A stretch of 64,000 nt of DNA from Balanoglossus misakiensis (Eukaryota; Animalia; Hemichordata). How positions within the stretch are numbered: the first letter of the stretch is position 1; the number at the start of each line of letters is the position of its first letter. A program made the translations under genes and the position numbers. This document shows positions 48,507 to 63,000 of the stretch, piece after piece. The notes below the pieces were generated by a model. That model was not told the origin of the DNA. It saw nothing but the letters and a program-made list of their open reading frames with translations, and searched no databases. The stretch spans positions 12,710,520 to 12,774,519 of the forward strand of contig CM082578.2 of the NCBI GenBank assembly GCA_040954595.2, in the 5' to 3' direction.

Positions 48507-51500
48507 CACAGAAACAGTCCTGTTAGATGCAATGAATGGTGTCTGCTATTGATTTTTTTGCGCGATAAAGGCACAGTTTTACTGCTTGCATTGAATGCGT
48601 ATAGTAAAAGTGATCAGTTTGTGTTTTATTTCCATTGAATTTGGAACGTCACTTCAGAGGATGAAAGAAGCAAAATATTTATCTATATTGATTTAACTGT
48701 ACACATTTTTTGAGAAAAATCGTTTGGATGAACAGAAGTAACCCTGGAGCAAGTTTCTTTTTATTTAGGTGTTTTAACCGATGAATTCAGGATGTAGATA
48801 CTTTTTGTTTTCAAAATTATCAGTGTCCTGCCCTGAACTGTTCTTTTCATGGATGTCGTACATGTAACATGCATGAAGGGTCAGTTGAGTGACTAGTGAA
48901 TGTTGTTTCTGACAGTGTTCAGTTCAAGGCGCCCATCCACCCACCCACCCAATCAGATTGATTGGATCAGGCAGGAAATTTGATTGATTCAATAACTTCT
49001 CAACAGTGAACAAAAGCCGGACAAAGCCTGTTAATGGGTTATTTTTTTCCCTCACATCACACCGATAACAGAGGCAGTGATTTAGAAGATACCTTTGAGC
49101 TACATGTACGCGGTTACTTGATGCGCTGTTTTCTAGTAACTGCATTTGGGTGCTCATGGCTTTTTTCTTTTCCTTGTACAGTCCACATTTAGACTAATTA
49201 CATCATGATCCTGGGAGACCCTGTGTTTCCCCCGAATGATTACACACTAATTTACAGGTAGTGAAACAGTGAATGACAAGGTGTACATTTCAACAGTTGT
49301 ACCTTGCATACATGTACATTGTACATTGTACATGTGCATCAATGTCCGCCGTTATGGACACTAACACCCTGAATGTTGAAGTGGATTTCATCACTGTTTT
49401 GTTAGTGATCACCAAGGGAATATTGTCACTGCCTGCTGACCTTTTCGTTTCAGTTCTGTAAATGGTTTGTAGAAATACATGTAGACTACGTTATGTATAC
49501 TGTGGTATTACCACAGTATACGTATTGTATGTACCTCTACAGTTCTTATACATTCGTATATTGGTTGTGTACATTGTACTGATGTTGTACCAGTCACTCA
49601 TACCTGATGCATCACCAGTATCATGTACTTGAACACGATGTTTAATCTGTTTGTCGTGTACATTTACATGTATGTATGTATCATATGACAAATACTATAA
49701 TTGTGTATACAGTCATGTAAATGTTCTTCCCCAACACAGGACTTTACATGTACATGTGTACCTCTCTTATGTTGTGAAGACTGATACATGTACAATGTAG
49801 ATGATCTTTTCCTTCTATATGAAAACATGCCATTATTTTACCCAAATTTTGATATGGAACGCATCGGTCCTAGTTCACTCTGGTGTATTTTAATATATAG
49901 GTTGTCTAAAGATTGATAGCATTTGTGTAAATTAAACTGTGTATTAAACCTGTAAATATTGAATGTATACCATATGTGCATTGTATGCAGACCTCATATT
50001 AATGGTTATAATATTTTGACGATTTATCAAGCTGGTACACATAGTACGGTAAGTTGTTCCAGCATTCTCAATAAATCATATTTTTGCAGCTTAAGCTTTT
50101 ATAATTATGAATAATTCTTTTGTGAAGTTTCTGAGTCTGTAGTCTATCAAAACATGGAAGTTAGTGATTTCTGTTGTGACAACTGTATGGTTGGTGCATC
50201 TATGCTACATTTGTATGGAAGGGATTACACACTTGCAAGGGTTAAACCTTTCATTTAATGGAGATTTTGTTGAGGTTGCAGAGGGCACCTGACCTGAGCT
50301 GTTCGTATCGTATGTGTGAGATTATTGTCATTGTAATTACCTGCACCATTAACGTAACCAAGGGCGAAGATTTGGACCGTAATGTTTACATGTGTAAATG
50401 TGACATAAGGCACTACACAACAAGTGTGTGTGTGTCATCTGGTTTACTGTGTGTGTGTGTGTCACCTTAGAGAGAGATATGTAAAAATACGGTTTCCAAA
50501 ATTATTTGTCACTATTTGTACATATCAATTTTTTTTCAGTCAAAGTATATTTTTCCATTAATTTTTATATTGTAGAGCTTACTGTCACTGCAATGTACAG
50601 GGCGCAGATGTCTGTCATTTGCATGTAGATCAACTCGCTCTGATACCTCAGTGTAGCTCGCTTGTAAAACTGATTGGAACCTGTCATCTGAAACGTGCCC
50701 TAAGGTGTCCCAAGATAATAAAGACGAAAGAGTACTAGCAGAGAAAGACTTTTCAATGCACAGCCCATGATTTTGTTTGTGAAAGATTTTAATATGTAGA
50801 GTTTGGATCCACTGAGCCAATTCTAGCATTACAGTTTGATATTAAAAAAAGGGCTTCGTCATAAAATCTTCTGTACGTTTGTATCATGAACTGTGAGCAA
50901 TTTGATGTCAGAACCTATTAGAGTTTTATGGCCGTCGTGTAGGAAATTTCTCTCGGCTAAAGTAGCAGCCGGCTGTACATCTATTGCTGTTTATGTTTCC
51001 TCTGTCGCCATGGCCACAGCACCTGGCCGGCCGTGGGTTGACAGGAAAGGCAATGAATTTTTAATTTCAGTTTCCATCAGAATTTACATCCACAGACATT
51101 TAGGATGAATGTGCTGTGATGGCCAGCAGTGGCGTCTGTTTGTGGAAACAGTTTACACGCCTTGAGTTGCGAGTTCCGCGTCGAGTGTCTGTTCTGTCGT
51201 GAGGAGCGTTCAGTGATGATATTTGCAGACCCCTTCTTCCAATTTCCTTTGGGACTTACGTGTGTATTTGTTTAGCAGTTGAACAGTTCAGTTTCGGTAA
51301 GCGTGCTTCCTATCAAATCGCTGCTTTCTGTACAATGTCCTACGTTTACTCTGTTTTTAACAACAAAAATATGTGTTTGAAAAGGATTTTTTTGGGGGGT
51401 AATTCATATGGTCCTCTTTCAGATTTTTGTATTGATGCACTCCCCTGGGTACAGCTGTAAAGTATATTCTGTATTTGCAGGTAAATGTATGAAATTGTTG

Positions 51501-54074
51501 AATACCTACAGCCCACCTGTGCTTTGCATAGTTTGCCATATACAAGTATATGCTTGCGCAACTGTATGCATTTTGTCAAGTGTGGTTTATCTCTTGAAAT
51601 TAGAGACGCAATCTCCCTCAGGGAAACGTGATGTAATTCTGTCTCCTCCAATTCAAAGACAGATGATCTTTTACCCAGGGAAAGCCGGGGAAGCATTGTT
51701 CCGATAACTAGCTGCACAGATGTACATACATGTTGGCTAGACTGTAAAGCTGCCGATTATGCAATTGACTTCCAATGGATGCCACTTTCATCACGTTTCC
51801 CTCTGCTTGGGCTTTCTTCCCTGGTTTAAAAAAATAATGAACATGTGAGGCTGCATACATGTAGTGGGTTTGGCTTTTGCCAAGCCAGATTTCATGAGGA
51901 GTTTGTATGCAATCGCACAGGCAATCACAGGTACAGACAACAGATAAATGGTATTTTTTAATCCAGACCATGACATCCTGCTGTTACATTTATTAAGACA
52001 CCTGGGGCTTTAATTAATTGTGGTGGTTAGACTCAGTGTGTTTCATTCTGTTAATTAAAATTGTATTATTTCTCCATTTTATGATATGATTCGCCAGTCA
52101 CCCAATTAAAAAGGTAAATTGAGAGATGCTTAAGAAGATTTATAACTGTATTATAAATGTCAATATCTTCGGACATTCTGTTGGTATTTTATATTGTTGT
52201 CCATTATAATTGAGAATACTACTGAATTCCATCATGCTTTGGAATAAAACAATTTTTTCAGTGTAATCCCCATAATATTTTTGTAATGGTCTAATCAGAA
52301 ACGAGGGTAGGTCATTTGTATGCAGGCAGGAACATCTGTTAATGAAGGTTCCTAATGCACCATAAAATATTACTATCCTTGCTGAATTGTATGTGCCTGA
52401 GCATATGTGGTGATGTACATGTCTACTCCAATTCATGGAGTCCACCATGTTTTATCTGTGCGTACGTCCTTTTAATGTAGCTTCCACTTTAGATTATTCT
52501 CATACACACACTGATAATGCCACCTAGGCAAACTACGTGATAATGGATTCCCCATACATGAAGTACCCTCAGTGAGATTGTTCCGTATTTACCAGTATAA
52601 AAGGGCCTAATCTCGTTTTGCACTAAAGATATGGAGGATGGTAATTTCAAATGGATAGCGTATAAAGTCTGGAGAGACGACTGCATTGATCATTTTGTTT
52701 TGAGGTCATCAATCTTGCATGAAGAGCAGTTCCTGTTGGAATGAGTCGAATTTACTTAATTAAATCTCGGTGGGTAACAATGGGATATTTTGATTTGGTA
52801 AAATGTAATTCATTACTTTCCTTGGCAGCAGGTGCGTCGTGCACATAGACCACTTTGCTCTGTGCATTATCTGAAGAAGACAGTTCTTAATCATTTCCTT
52901 GTCCAATCATGGCCGCCTGATTAAAGTAGATGGAATGGATGAGTGGGTTTGATAACTTTGTCAACAGCCCAGTGCTCCTGCTAAGGCTTGTTTGAGATCC
53001 AGGCTAGCAAGTACGGTGTTTTGAAATTACTTTCTGCTCTTGCAGAGAAATATTGTGTTATAGGCAAAATTGATTTCTGGTCATATTGTTCAGTGAATAG
53101 ATTTGATGAAATGAAATCCAAGCTCGTGGGACCAGAACCACACGACTGTTGATTTTGATGTCCATATTCCAAAAATAACATGTGAACTTACTGTACAGTA
53201 AAGAAATCTGCGAGTACTCCTTGAAAGGTTTGATCTGAAGGAAATAAGACTGGATTTTAACAAGAATAACCTCGGTCTATTTCCTGTAAAAACAGCACGT
53301 ACGATACATAAAGGTGTTTTTTTTTTGTGGTGCAGAAGGCTTTTGTAACTGTACTGTAGAGTTCAGAGCTACTTGAGGATGTTAATAGTCCGTTCTATCT
53401 CATCACAAGAGTTGATCCTAATTGACACTAGACCCGGCTATTACGGCCCTGAAGAAACTCCTCTTCCCATCTTTAATACTTTATCTTGCGTCGCTTTTAT
53501 CTGATGAACGTGCTGTTAACTCTCACTCTGAAAGTCTTTTTGACGAATGAAGTATAAGAATGCAAGTATACATGTACAGCTATACAGCTTCACTATTCAG
53601 ACCCTAGGTGGCATCCATATATAAAGGGAAATCAAATCAAGTCTTCAGGATTATTTTCCGCCCATAGGTGTCTGTTTTTTTTTCTTTCTTGTGCGAACGC
53701 GCTGATGGATATAAAATGTGACTTGGCTTGATTGAAGTGACACATGAGAGAAACAGCTGCTGCTAACTGGAGATCTAGCTGCTCCACAAATGGCCGCTTT
53801 ATTGGCTGTAAAAACAGGGTAATAAGGTCACGTAGACAACAACATTATCCGATTGCCATGGTATCCATGGATGTTTTCCAGACAAACATATGCGCAGGAA
53901 TTTCTTTTGCTGTGCTCTTTCTGGGAACATTGCTGATTTCTTGGAATGTATCTAGGTATTGTGGTATATGATACACTGTAGAATGACCCTGACTTTTTTT
54001 GCCTTTCACAGATCCTAGTTTTCTTAGGACTGTTCAAGTTATCACATGTATCTGAATGATGTCCCTCTACCACC

Positions 54075-57000
54075 ATGGGTGCTGGAGCTACTAAAGACAG
54101 CCTGTCGGTCAAAAGTGAGACAGTCCTCAAGAGTCGGCTGCAGATCAATCACTCGCAACGATCGGATTCCAAGGCCAGTATCAGTGGTGAGTTGCCATTT
54201 GCTGTGTGCTTTTTCTACCGCACATAAAAACGTAGTGGCAAATGTTTGAATCGGACTGACCGTATCTTCTAATACAATGTGTAAAGCACTGTATATTTTG
54301 GACATTACGTTTTCCTCAGCAGTTTTGGTCAGATATTGTTATCACATCTTTTTTTCTAATTTTTAGATGTAACAACTACAGTAGTGAGGGTGAATGTATC
54401 CAAGTCTGGATTCTGGCCACCGGCCGTGACCATCAAAGAGGGGCAGGTGAGAAAAAGTGTTATATGTGAACAGTCTGATCTAAAATCAATATAGAGATGT
54501 GCTCTCAGTCTTTTGTCTGCTGGAGACAGTATTAAATTGTATTTTTTTATTTTTCATTTGTTCCGTAGTGCGTTCTCTTCATCTGGAGTGAGCCCAGCGG
54601 CAGTGGACACAATATTAGACAGGTACAAGTAAATCCGTAATCATATCCATGTTCGCATGTGCAAATGTACTAGCTGTCTGCACAGAGAAATGCAGCCGTG
54701 GTAAATGAATAATTATTAGTGTACACTTATGGTATTTTGCCTCAGTGGTCAGGTTATTAGGAAAGTGCCATGTCTCTGTGTAAACATGCATTTTGTATTC
54801 TCTAGGTTGTGTATGATGGAGTGGATTTGCAGGTCGCTGTAGGAGGGTACCGCAGTGGAGATATACAACCTCAGGGAAAATACAAGATTCAGTTCAACTT
54901 GGAGGGAGAATTCAAATTTGTGAGGTAAGCAGTCTGCTCAGGGAGGGCAGTGAAATGTAAACTGTGAATATATAACACAATTAATGAAATGTTGATAAAA
55001 GTTTCTCTCTGACTTGTTATTAGCAGGCAGCAGTATCCCCTGCATTTAAAACAAATTATATTGTGACACAAACACATTATTTAAGATAAGCATACTTTTT
55101 CTGTGTGGTGTACTGAAAACAGAAATCTTTAGCCTATTGGTACAATGTTATCTTTTTAACTGACTCAAGACTGGAAATGAAGTTACAGCTGAAGCAGGCT
55201 ACTGGACAAATGTACATGTGTTGTTTTTCCTCTTTCATTTCAGTGATGGATTTCACAACACCACCACCAAGCCGTTTATCATTACTGTGCACTCCAGGCC
55301 AGAGATACCTGCCGAGGTGGGTTAATTGTTGTTTGAATAACAATGATCTTTTATTTATTATCACACACATGTACATGTAATCATCATGTTGGCTTAAAAA
55401 TTAATTCTGATTGCAATTTCAGCTTACAGACGATGGATTTTCCCCAACTGTCATAAGAATCAACCAAGGCAACACAGTCAAGTGGGTCTGGAACTCATGT
55501 CAGATCCCGCACACTCTTTGCGAAGTCAAATTATGTCCAAAACACTGTGGGCTCATAAGAACAAACAATGGGTGAGTCCTTCACATTTAACGTAATACAG
55601 TCTGTGGGCAAACTTCTGAATGGATATAACTATTATCTTTCCCTCAGAAAAGTCATGTCCAATCACAGTGCTGAATCCCCATTGATCCCCCTTACAATGG
55701 CATCCTTGATGAATCCTGAGTCCCTGCATCCCAATTTTCTTATTATTATTCACTCATTTCTCATTCACAGGACTTCAGTTCCATCAACAGCTAGCAGCTA
55801 CAAGTATGAATTCGCGTAAGTATTTTTTAGATCTCATTTACATTTTCTCCAGCATTCTCTTCCATGAGAAATAATCACTTGCGTTTTTAAAAATGGTTTG
55901 CCTGTTGATCCCTGTTGTGCAAGATTTCATCTGTTAGTTTAAACAAGCAAGATCACTGAAACTTTTTATCTCAGCCCTTTCGTCATTAAAGGGAAAATCG
56001 TGCATGGGCATAGATGCAGATGGTCTGGCGAGAATGCTGTATTATTTCATCGTAAAACCACATTTCAAAAGCATGCAGTTTTAATACATCCCCGTGCTGT
56101 GTTAATGTAACAATGAAGCTTTATTTACAATGTGAAATCTGGGTCGTAAAATGAATCTCATTTTATGTAGTACACTCTGAAGCTACAATAGACATGCCTG
56201 TTACATTACATAATTTGCATGGCAGTCTTTGCTTTATGCTGTAAGTTTCTCCTCTATTGTGAGATTTTTAGCTCCTATTGCCATGACTATGACAACAGAG
56301 TGCTTACGGCATTGCAGTGATTTAAAAAAATAAATAAATTTGTGTCTTTTTGTGACAGGAATGATTAGTTTTTTTTGCCAGATTTGTGAGTGAACATGTG
56401 TTTTAACGTGTGGAGAACCTTTGATCAGAAAGCAGTTACCATTTTGGGATGTGTAATTTGAGAACAGGTTAAAGATAAATATTTTGGTGAAATTGGGTCA
56501 ACCTGTTGACTTTTTAACATATAGGAATAATCAGTTCAGAATCAAATAGTTTTACCACGGTCCCTCTATTACAATAATGTACAATGTAATAGAAGGACTG
56601 TGGTTTTACAAAAAATAGGAAACTATCCACTTTCAACTCATGATTTTTGTGTTTGTTTTGTCTATCAGATCTCCAGGTCTGTATTATTTCCAGACAGAGG
56701 GAACTGAGGAAGGGCAGACTCATCTGTGCATCGTGCAAGTGAAGGAAATTCAACGGGAGTACCGAGTGGAGGTGACGGACAGGAAATTTCACCCAAGGTT
56801 GTTGTGCATCCAGGAAGGTGACCGAGTCTGGTGGGAATGGGATCGTCTCAAGGTCAGTGTGATATTGTTGTCCTTGAAAACGCAAGTGCAGGGAATGTAA
56901 AATTGCCCACACCTGCTGTGAATGCTGATTCCTAATACACCTAGAAGCAATCAACACGCATATTAAGGAGACCTTGTATCAAGCAGATGAATTGTTGCCT

Positions 57001-60000
57001 TTTAAATTCTGAATTCCCCAAATAATTCTGTGATATTTATCTATATACGCGTGTCCAAAATAAAAGCCTCAAGTTGAGATCAAGGAATTGACAAAGCGGG
57101 TGCCCAATGTTTTCTGATTGAAGCTGCAGATTGTGCTGGGATTTTTTTATAGTACATCATATTGTGACTGCTGATGCATTGTCATGGTGATTTCAGATAC
57201 ATGTATCGTACATTTTTGGAATAACGACTTTCAGAAATTTTGATTAGTTCACACTCTTATCACGTCTTGTGACGGAAAGAGTCGTCTAGATAATTAAAAA
57301 ATGCTTTTATACTTATTATGTTTGCCCCCTTTTGTGTTATATCCGGCTATTATTGCTGGAAAATCAACAAATGGCAAGTGTCATTATCCATGTTGAACAG
57401 AGCTACAGTGTTTGTGCGTACATGTTTGATATCATGTGACGCTAGTCTTGCACCTGGCTGTATGTTTCTGCTGCCGTCGCGCCCCGAAACCATGTCTGGA
57501 AACATGTATGGGTCTAGCTCACAACCATAAAACGGGTCATTTGAATTTGAGGAATTCTCTCACCTGCTCTACACAAACTTGCATAACTCTGCTATCAATC
57601 TCCACTCATCGGATAATTCTAACTCATCCATCCACACTAATTCTAATCCATTAATCTGTGTCATCCAACTAATCCCATCTGTGTCCCCCGTTGATGAAAA
57701 CACATGATAGGAGAAACAGGCCTCTGAAGGAAAGGCCGATGCTCACACTTCACTTGATGATGAGACATCCACGGCATCTTCTAACTCAAATGATGACTTG
57801 GGTTCTGAGAAGGTAACAAAGCGTGAACACCCACATCCCCATCTCCACTGGTTGCTGTTTGGTTGCAGTTGTGGAATGCATTCAGTTGCATCTCTGTTAT
57901 TTTCAGTTTCAGGACATCCTGGTTGACAGTTTCTTTTTCCCTGTTTTTTGTGCTTGAGGGTTGCAATTCGCATTTTAATTCATTGAATTCCGCATTTCAG
58001 GAGGCAGTCTTCAAGACTTGTCTTTAACTTGCTTGGCAGTTCATTCTGAGTAGTATACCAACTGGATTGATTTCCAGATTTGTTAATTGTGTCATGTGTT
58101 GATTTGTATTGTGGAAGTGGGAATATTTCCTAATATCCTGTCATTCCATCATCTTTACAGTGTCGGAAAGGTCATAATGTCATCCAAGTAAGCGTACCAC
58201 AGTATTCCGACGAGATGGATCCTTACCCTAGACCCGTCAAAGGTGGATTCCGATGTGAAGGACCAAGGTAAAGTTACATTAAATTTGATTTTCATGGCAT
58301 CCATGATATGAAGCCTCAATAAAAATTAAATGAACAGTACTGACTGCTAAAGAAATTGATATAGAGTACCAAAAATTCACATGTTATAATGCATGGCCTT
58401 TTTTATCCATGCAGTCGCTCTGGTGTTCTGAGTCACGTGTTTAAAAGGAGTGGTGTGTATTACTACTGCGATCAGGACTATGACAACAACAGGGAATACC
58501 TGGGTGTGATCATCGTCAAACCCAAGGAAAAAGAACACTACATTGAGTTGACTGGGGACGGTTTCTATCCAGGTAGGCGTGTGGATACATCTGCTTCATC
58601 TTGTGTTTTTCTCATGTGCGTTGGAGGGACTGGATTGATAGAAACGTTAGTATACGTGGGTTACGTGTTCTCAGTGGAATGATAAGTGCACCTGTAGTTC
58701 TTGAGTGAGACAAATTACTTGCACACACCCCTGGAAAAATCAATTGAGCCACATGCGGTTTCAGTGAAATCTACTGAGCAGCATGCCTTCTGTTCATAGC
58801 ATGGCAATTTCAAGTGGGAAACGTATCGTCTCCTTCGCCATTGGAGTGCAATCCTACGCAATTTCTGTGTAATGATTCCTGGAAACTGCTGATAAAAATA
58901 CTTTTGGACTAATTATGGTTTATTTTGGCTTGTGTCTGTGTTGCAGATTTGGCTGCAATTTCAGCCGGTGATCGCGTGTGGTGGATATGGAATCCAGAGG
59001 ATGTCAAAGATCATTTCTCAATTATGGAGGTATAATAATCTTCCCAGTGCAATTTGTCAAATTGTGGCTCTGTAGTATATCACACCTGTACCAGGTACAA
59101 GGCTGTGCAGTATTTGTATGAGGCAATTCGTGGGAAAAACTTGTCCAGTAAATGCTGCACAATTTACATAATTTGACTGATGGAAAAATTGAGCAACTTG
59201 ATACAGTATTATTTTCCATGTGTAAGTGAGAGAGTGTGTGTAGGCGTTGGCCAAGACGACTTTTACAAACACATGATCATTAAAGTTCTCTACAAATTGA
59301 TTTTCCCTGGACATTAGGTTGACAGATGTGTGGCAGGAGATGTCAAAATATCCCAAGATCAAGACTGCCTCAGTAAGTACCTTTGATTTGTCATCTTGGA
59401 GCCTTCAAGTGCCGAGCATACCAAGCTTGGGTGGACTTGAAAATGTAACAGTTTCTGCGGCTGCAGTAAATGAGTTACATGATAACAAAACTGCAACTAA
59501 ACTACATATAGATGCACATATGTAGCAATTAATTTGCAAATTTGCGCCTTGGGTCAGACTCACAAGCGAATATTTAGCAAATGAGAATGTTATTCTTTTT
59601 TACCCCTTCCATTCTCACAGATATGTGTACTTACGTTAACAACGATGCATCCAACTTGCTGAGTGCTCTTGGCATTGAGACGATACAACTCAACACAGTC
59701 GGAGTGTATCATTACAGAGTCTCTGACAGCCCTGTCACCGTGGGCTGCTCCTCCATAATTGTCAACCCCAAGGCTAGAGTAAGTCTTTGTCCTCTTTTAT
59801 GTTGGCTGTTCTCAGTTCTCAGCCACACAGCACGAATGATATTCATTTTTACACCTTTACAAAAAACGGAATGTAATTTGCTTCACAAGGGGGCTCGTTT
59901 GTTGCTTGAGGTGGAAATCTGAACTTCACAAATTTAAATGTCATGGACAAGTCTTGAATACTGCTATTCTGGTAAATTAAATGTAATCCAGCTATTTCAA

Positions 60001-63000
60001 TATACAAGTAATTTTATAGTTTAGATATCCTTGATAACCACAGTACAGTACAGTACAGTACAGTACAGTACAGTACAGTACAGTACAGTACAGTACAGTA
60101 CAGTACAGTACAGTACAGTACAGTACAGTACAGTACAGTACAGTACAGTACAGTACAGTACAGTACAGTACAGTACAGTACAGTACAGTACAGTACAGTA
60201 CAATACAATACAATACAATACAAGGGAATACAATGATCAATACTCAGTTTGATAAAATGTAATGTCATGTATTGCAATATGCTATTTCATATCTTTATTT
60301 TTTAAAGCAGTATGATACTATATGATTATGGTATGATACATTAACCATGAATCTTTTGTGTGATATACCGGTACAGGACCATACAGTGCTAATAACCAAT
60401 GAGGGTTTTGAGCCGAGAGTGTCTACGCTCAATCCAGGAGATAGGGTGTGGTGGATCTGGGAAGATTGCACAGAGCAGCAGAACATATTACAGGTAGGAA
60501 ATAGGGAGTTCAGCAGTTGTTCCTTCTTGATCGTTATCGACGCTTGTTAGGGGACATAAGACTCTTGATTATTGCTTGATTCTGATATTTATCCCGAACA
60601 TTTTATTAGTACATGTATAATTTTATCGTTACTGTTCATATTTTGTCTGTCTGTGTCTCCAGGTGTCACACCAAGGCAGACCCATCAAAGATGGCTTTTG
60701 CAGCGGTGCACCGCTGGATAGCCCTGGTGCATTTGCCAACCAGTTCAAAGAGACTGGTGTTTATTACTTCATCAGGTGAGTGTTTCTTTGGGTTTAATCC
60801 ATGGAATACTTAGAATTGGTTGGAAATGATCAATTATATCATATGTACTCATCTGTTATTCTGTTCCTTTCTCTTTTTTCAGCATGGGACAACCCAAAGC
60901 CTTCGGAGCCATTGTTGTGTCTTCACAACAACAGGTGAAAACAAGTTATATGATATTTGAGTGCAACGTACATTGTACATTCTTTATTTCTGATTTGAAG
61001 ATTTTCAGTCCATTGCAGGAATGAACCTGTTCTCCTTAATATCAATGTTACGTAGAACTGCTCTTCACTTAAAGTTGTCAGTACTCTCACTTGATTTATA
61101 ACCTACTTGATATTAAGAAAGCCCGAATAAACACACTCATAGCTTCACCTCCTACAAGTTAGTATGCTTTGAAACACAATATCGTCGCATTCTTTACAAT
61201 GTGTTTGCTGTATCGTTCCTTGTAACCTACACTGGCCGCGTCTGATTTTCGTCTCAGGTGGCCCGGGTCAAAGTCTCCAAGAGCACAATTCAGCCGGATC
61301 CGGTGCTGGCCCTCACCAACGACGTGGTGGTGTGGATGTGGCCAGGGCTCAGAAAACACGGCATCACGCAGGTCACCGACACGCAGCAGATCTATGAACT
61401 CCAGTCGTACACTCAGGACATTGTTACTCCAAGGTAGGTTGTTATCCAAGCGTGGTCCAACTGGTGTGACATGCAAATGACACGATCCCGAGACCGATTG
61501 TCCTGTAACTCTATCATGGGACATCAAGACATGCAATTAAATGTGAACCCCTCCCCCAATGGTCCCAGTACAGCTGAGGTGACCTTGACATACCAGCTAA
61601 TATGAACCCAACAAAGGTTCAAACTATTTTGACTGAAACCACTGATATGTGACCAACTCTGTTTGATATTATGTGAATACATTGTACTATCCAACACATA
61701 ATTTTTTAGCAACACATAAGAGTGGAGTTCACTCAACTGCTACATGTAGGTTGTTTGTAGATTTCAATTCCAAAATCTATACTCCAAAACTCTTCCAAAA
61801 ATCGTGACTGTCTCTTCAAAACATGTAATCGTTGTGTTTTGCGTGTTTAATTCCACTCTTCAGGAGATGTTTTGCTCAGCGGTTCAGCAACCCCGGCATA
61901 TATCATTACTACAGCAAGGCATTCTCAGGAAATGATAACAAATATTTGGTGAGTCTCTGGCAGCCTAGTTGCTATGGTGACACAGCGGTCTCTGTCACCA
62001 TCATAACCTTTTCCTCTGTTACTCCTTTGATATTTTGTTTGGAGCATGTCTCTGTGAATGGATTATTCCTAACTCGGCCTTGAAACCTGTTTCATCATCT
62101 CCGAGGGATGATGTGCATTAATAATGAATTAAAGCACTGATTTGATGAGATGATGTGTTTCTCTCTTGTAGCCTTTGCTCTTTTGATGTATTTTTGTACC
62201 GGGTATATACTTGATTCCAGTCGAGTGAATTCATTGTATAGACATTTCACTATAGAGCCAAATATTGCTCTACAGGAATTGCACATGTAATGCTGCATGT
62301 TGTCTGTCCTCTAAAACCTACTGGTATTTGATACCTTGTTCTATTCATCTTCACACAAAGACAATTTTTTTCCAAATTTCTATATATCATGGTTTTCGTT
62401 TGACTCAAGAAATTTCTGCAGAATTCTTAAAGTGAGTCAAGGTTCTTGGAGATAGTGTCTGTGAGGAGGCAGTGGTAAATTAAGTGTTTCACCATATTTT
62501 TGTTTGATTTCAGTACGAGCATAGTAGTAAATGTGTTCTGAGCACTGTCATCATCAACAATGCAAGCGACAGTACAGTTGTGCATGTTACAAGTCGAGGT
62601 TTCAAACCCAGCACAGTCAACATTCTCAGGGTGAGTCCATTTACTGGTATTGCTTCATTCAACCTTTCACCACTGTGGTTCGATCCAACTCGATCCAAAT
62701 CCATTGTTTTGAATAGAGTTTACAGGGAAATATGGGTGAGAGGGTTGGTGTCAATGGTGGATTAGATAAATGCATGTGTTGATATCAGTCTCAGTTGATA
62801 GTGTGAACACCCACACTGTCAAGCATTAGTTTTTGAATGTTATATAAAATTGAAATTATTGTATCTTTTTTTTTTCAGGGTCAAAATCTGTTGTGGTCTT
62901 GGAAAGACAGCGGTGAAGAATGTCACAACATAGTACATGTCTGTTCTCCGGATGACGAAAAACCATTCACACCCGTGACAGATGAGACAGCATTCAATAG

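Noticed and set aside
59992-60277. LYCTV / QYSTV repeat ORFs
   Set aside because: These are translations of the (CAGTA)n microsatellite.
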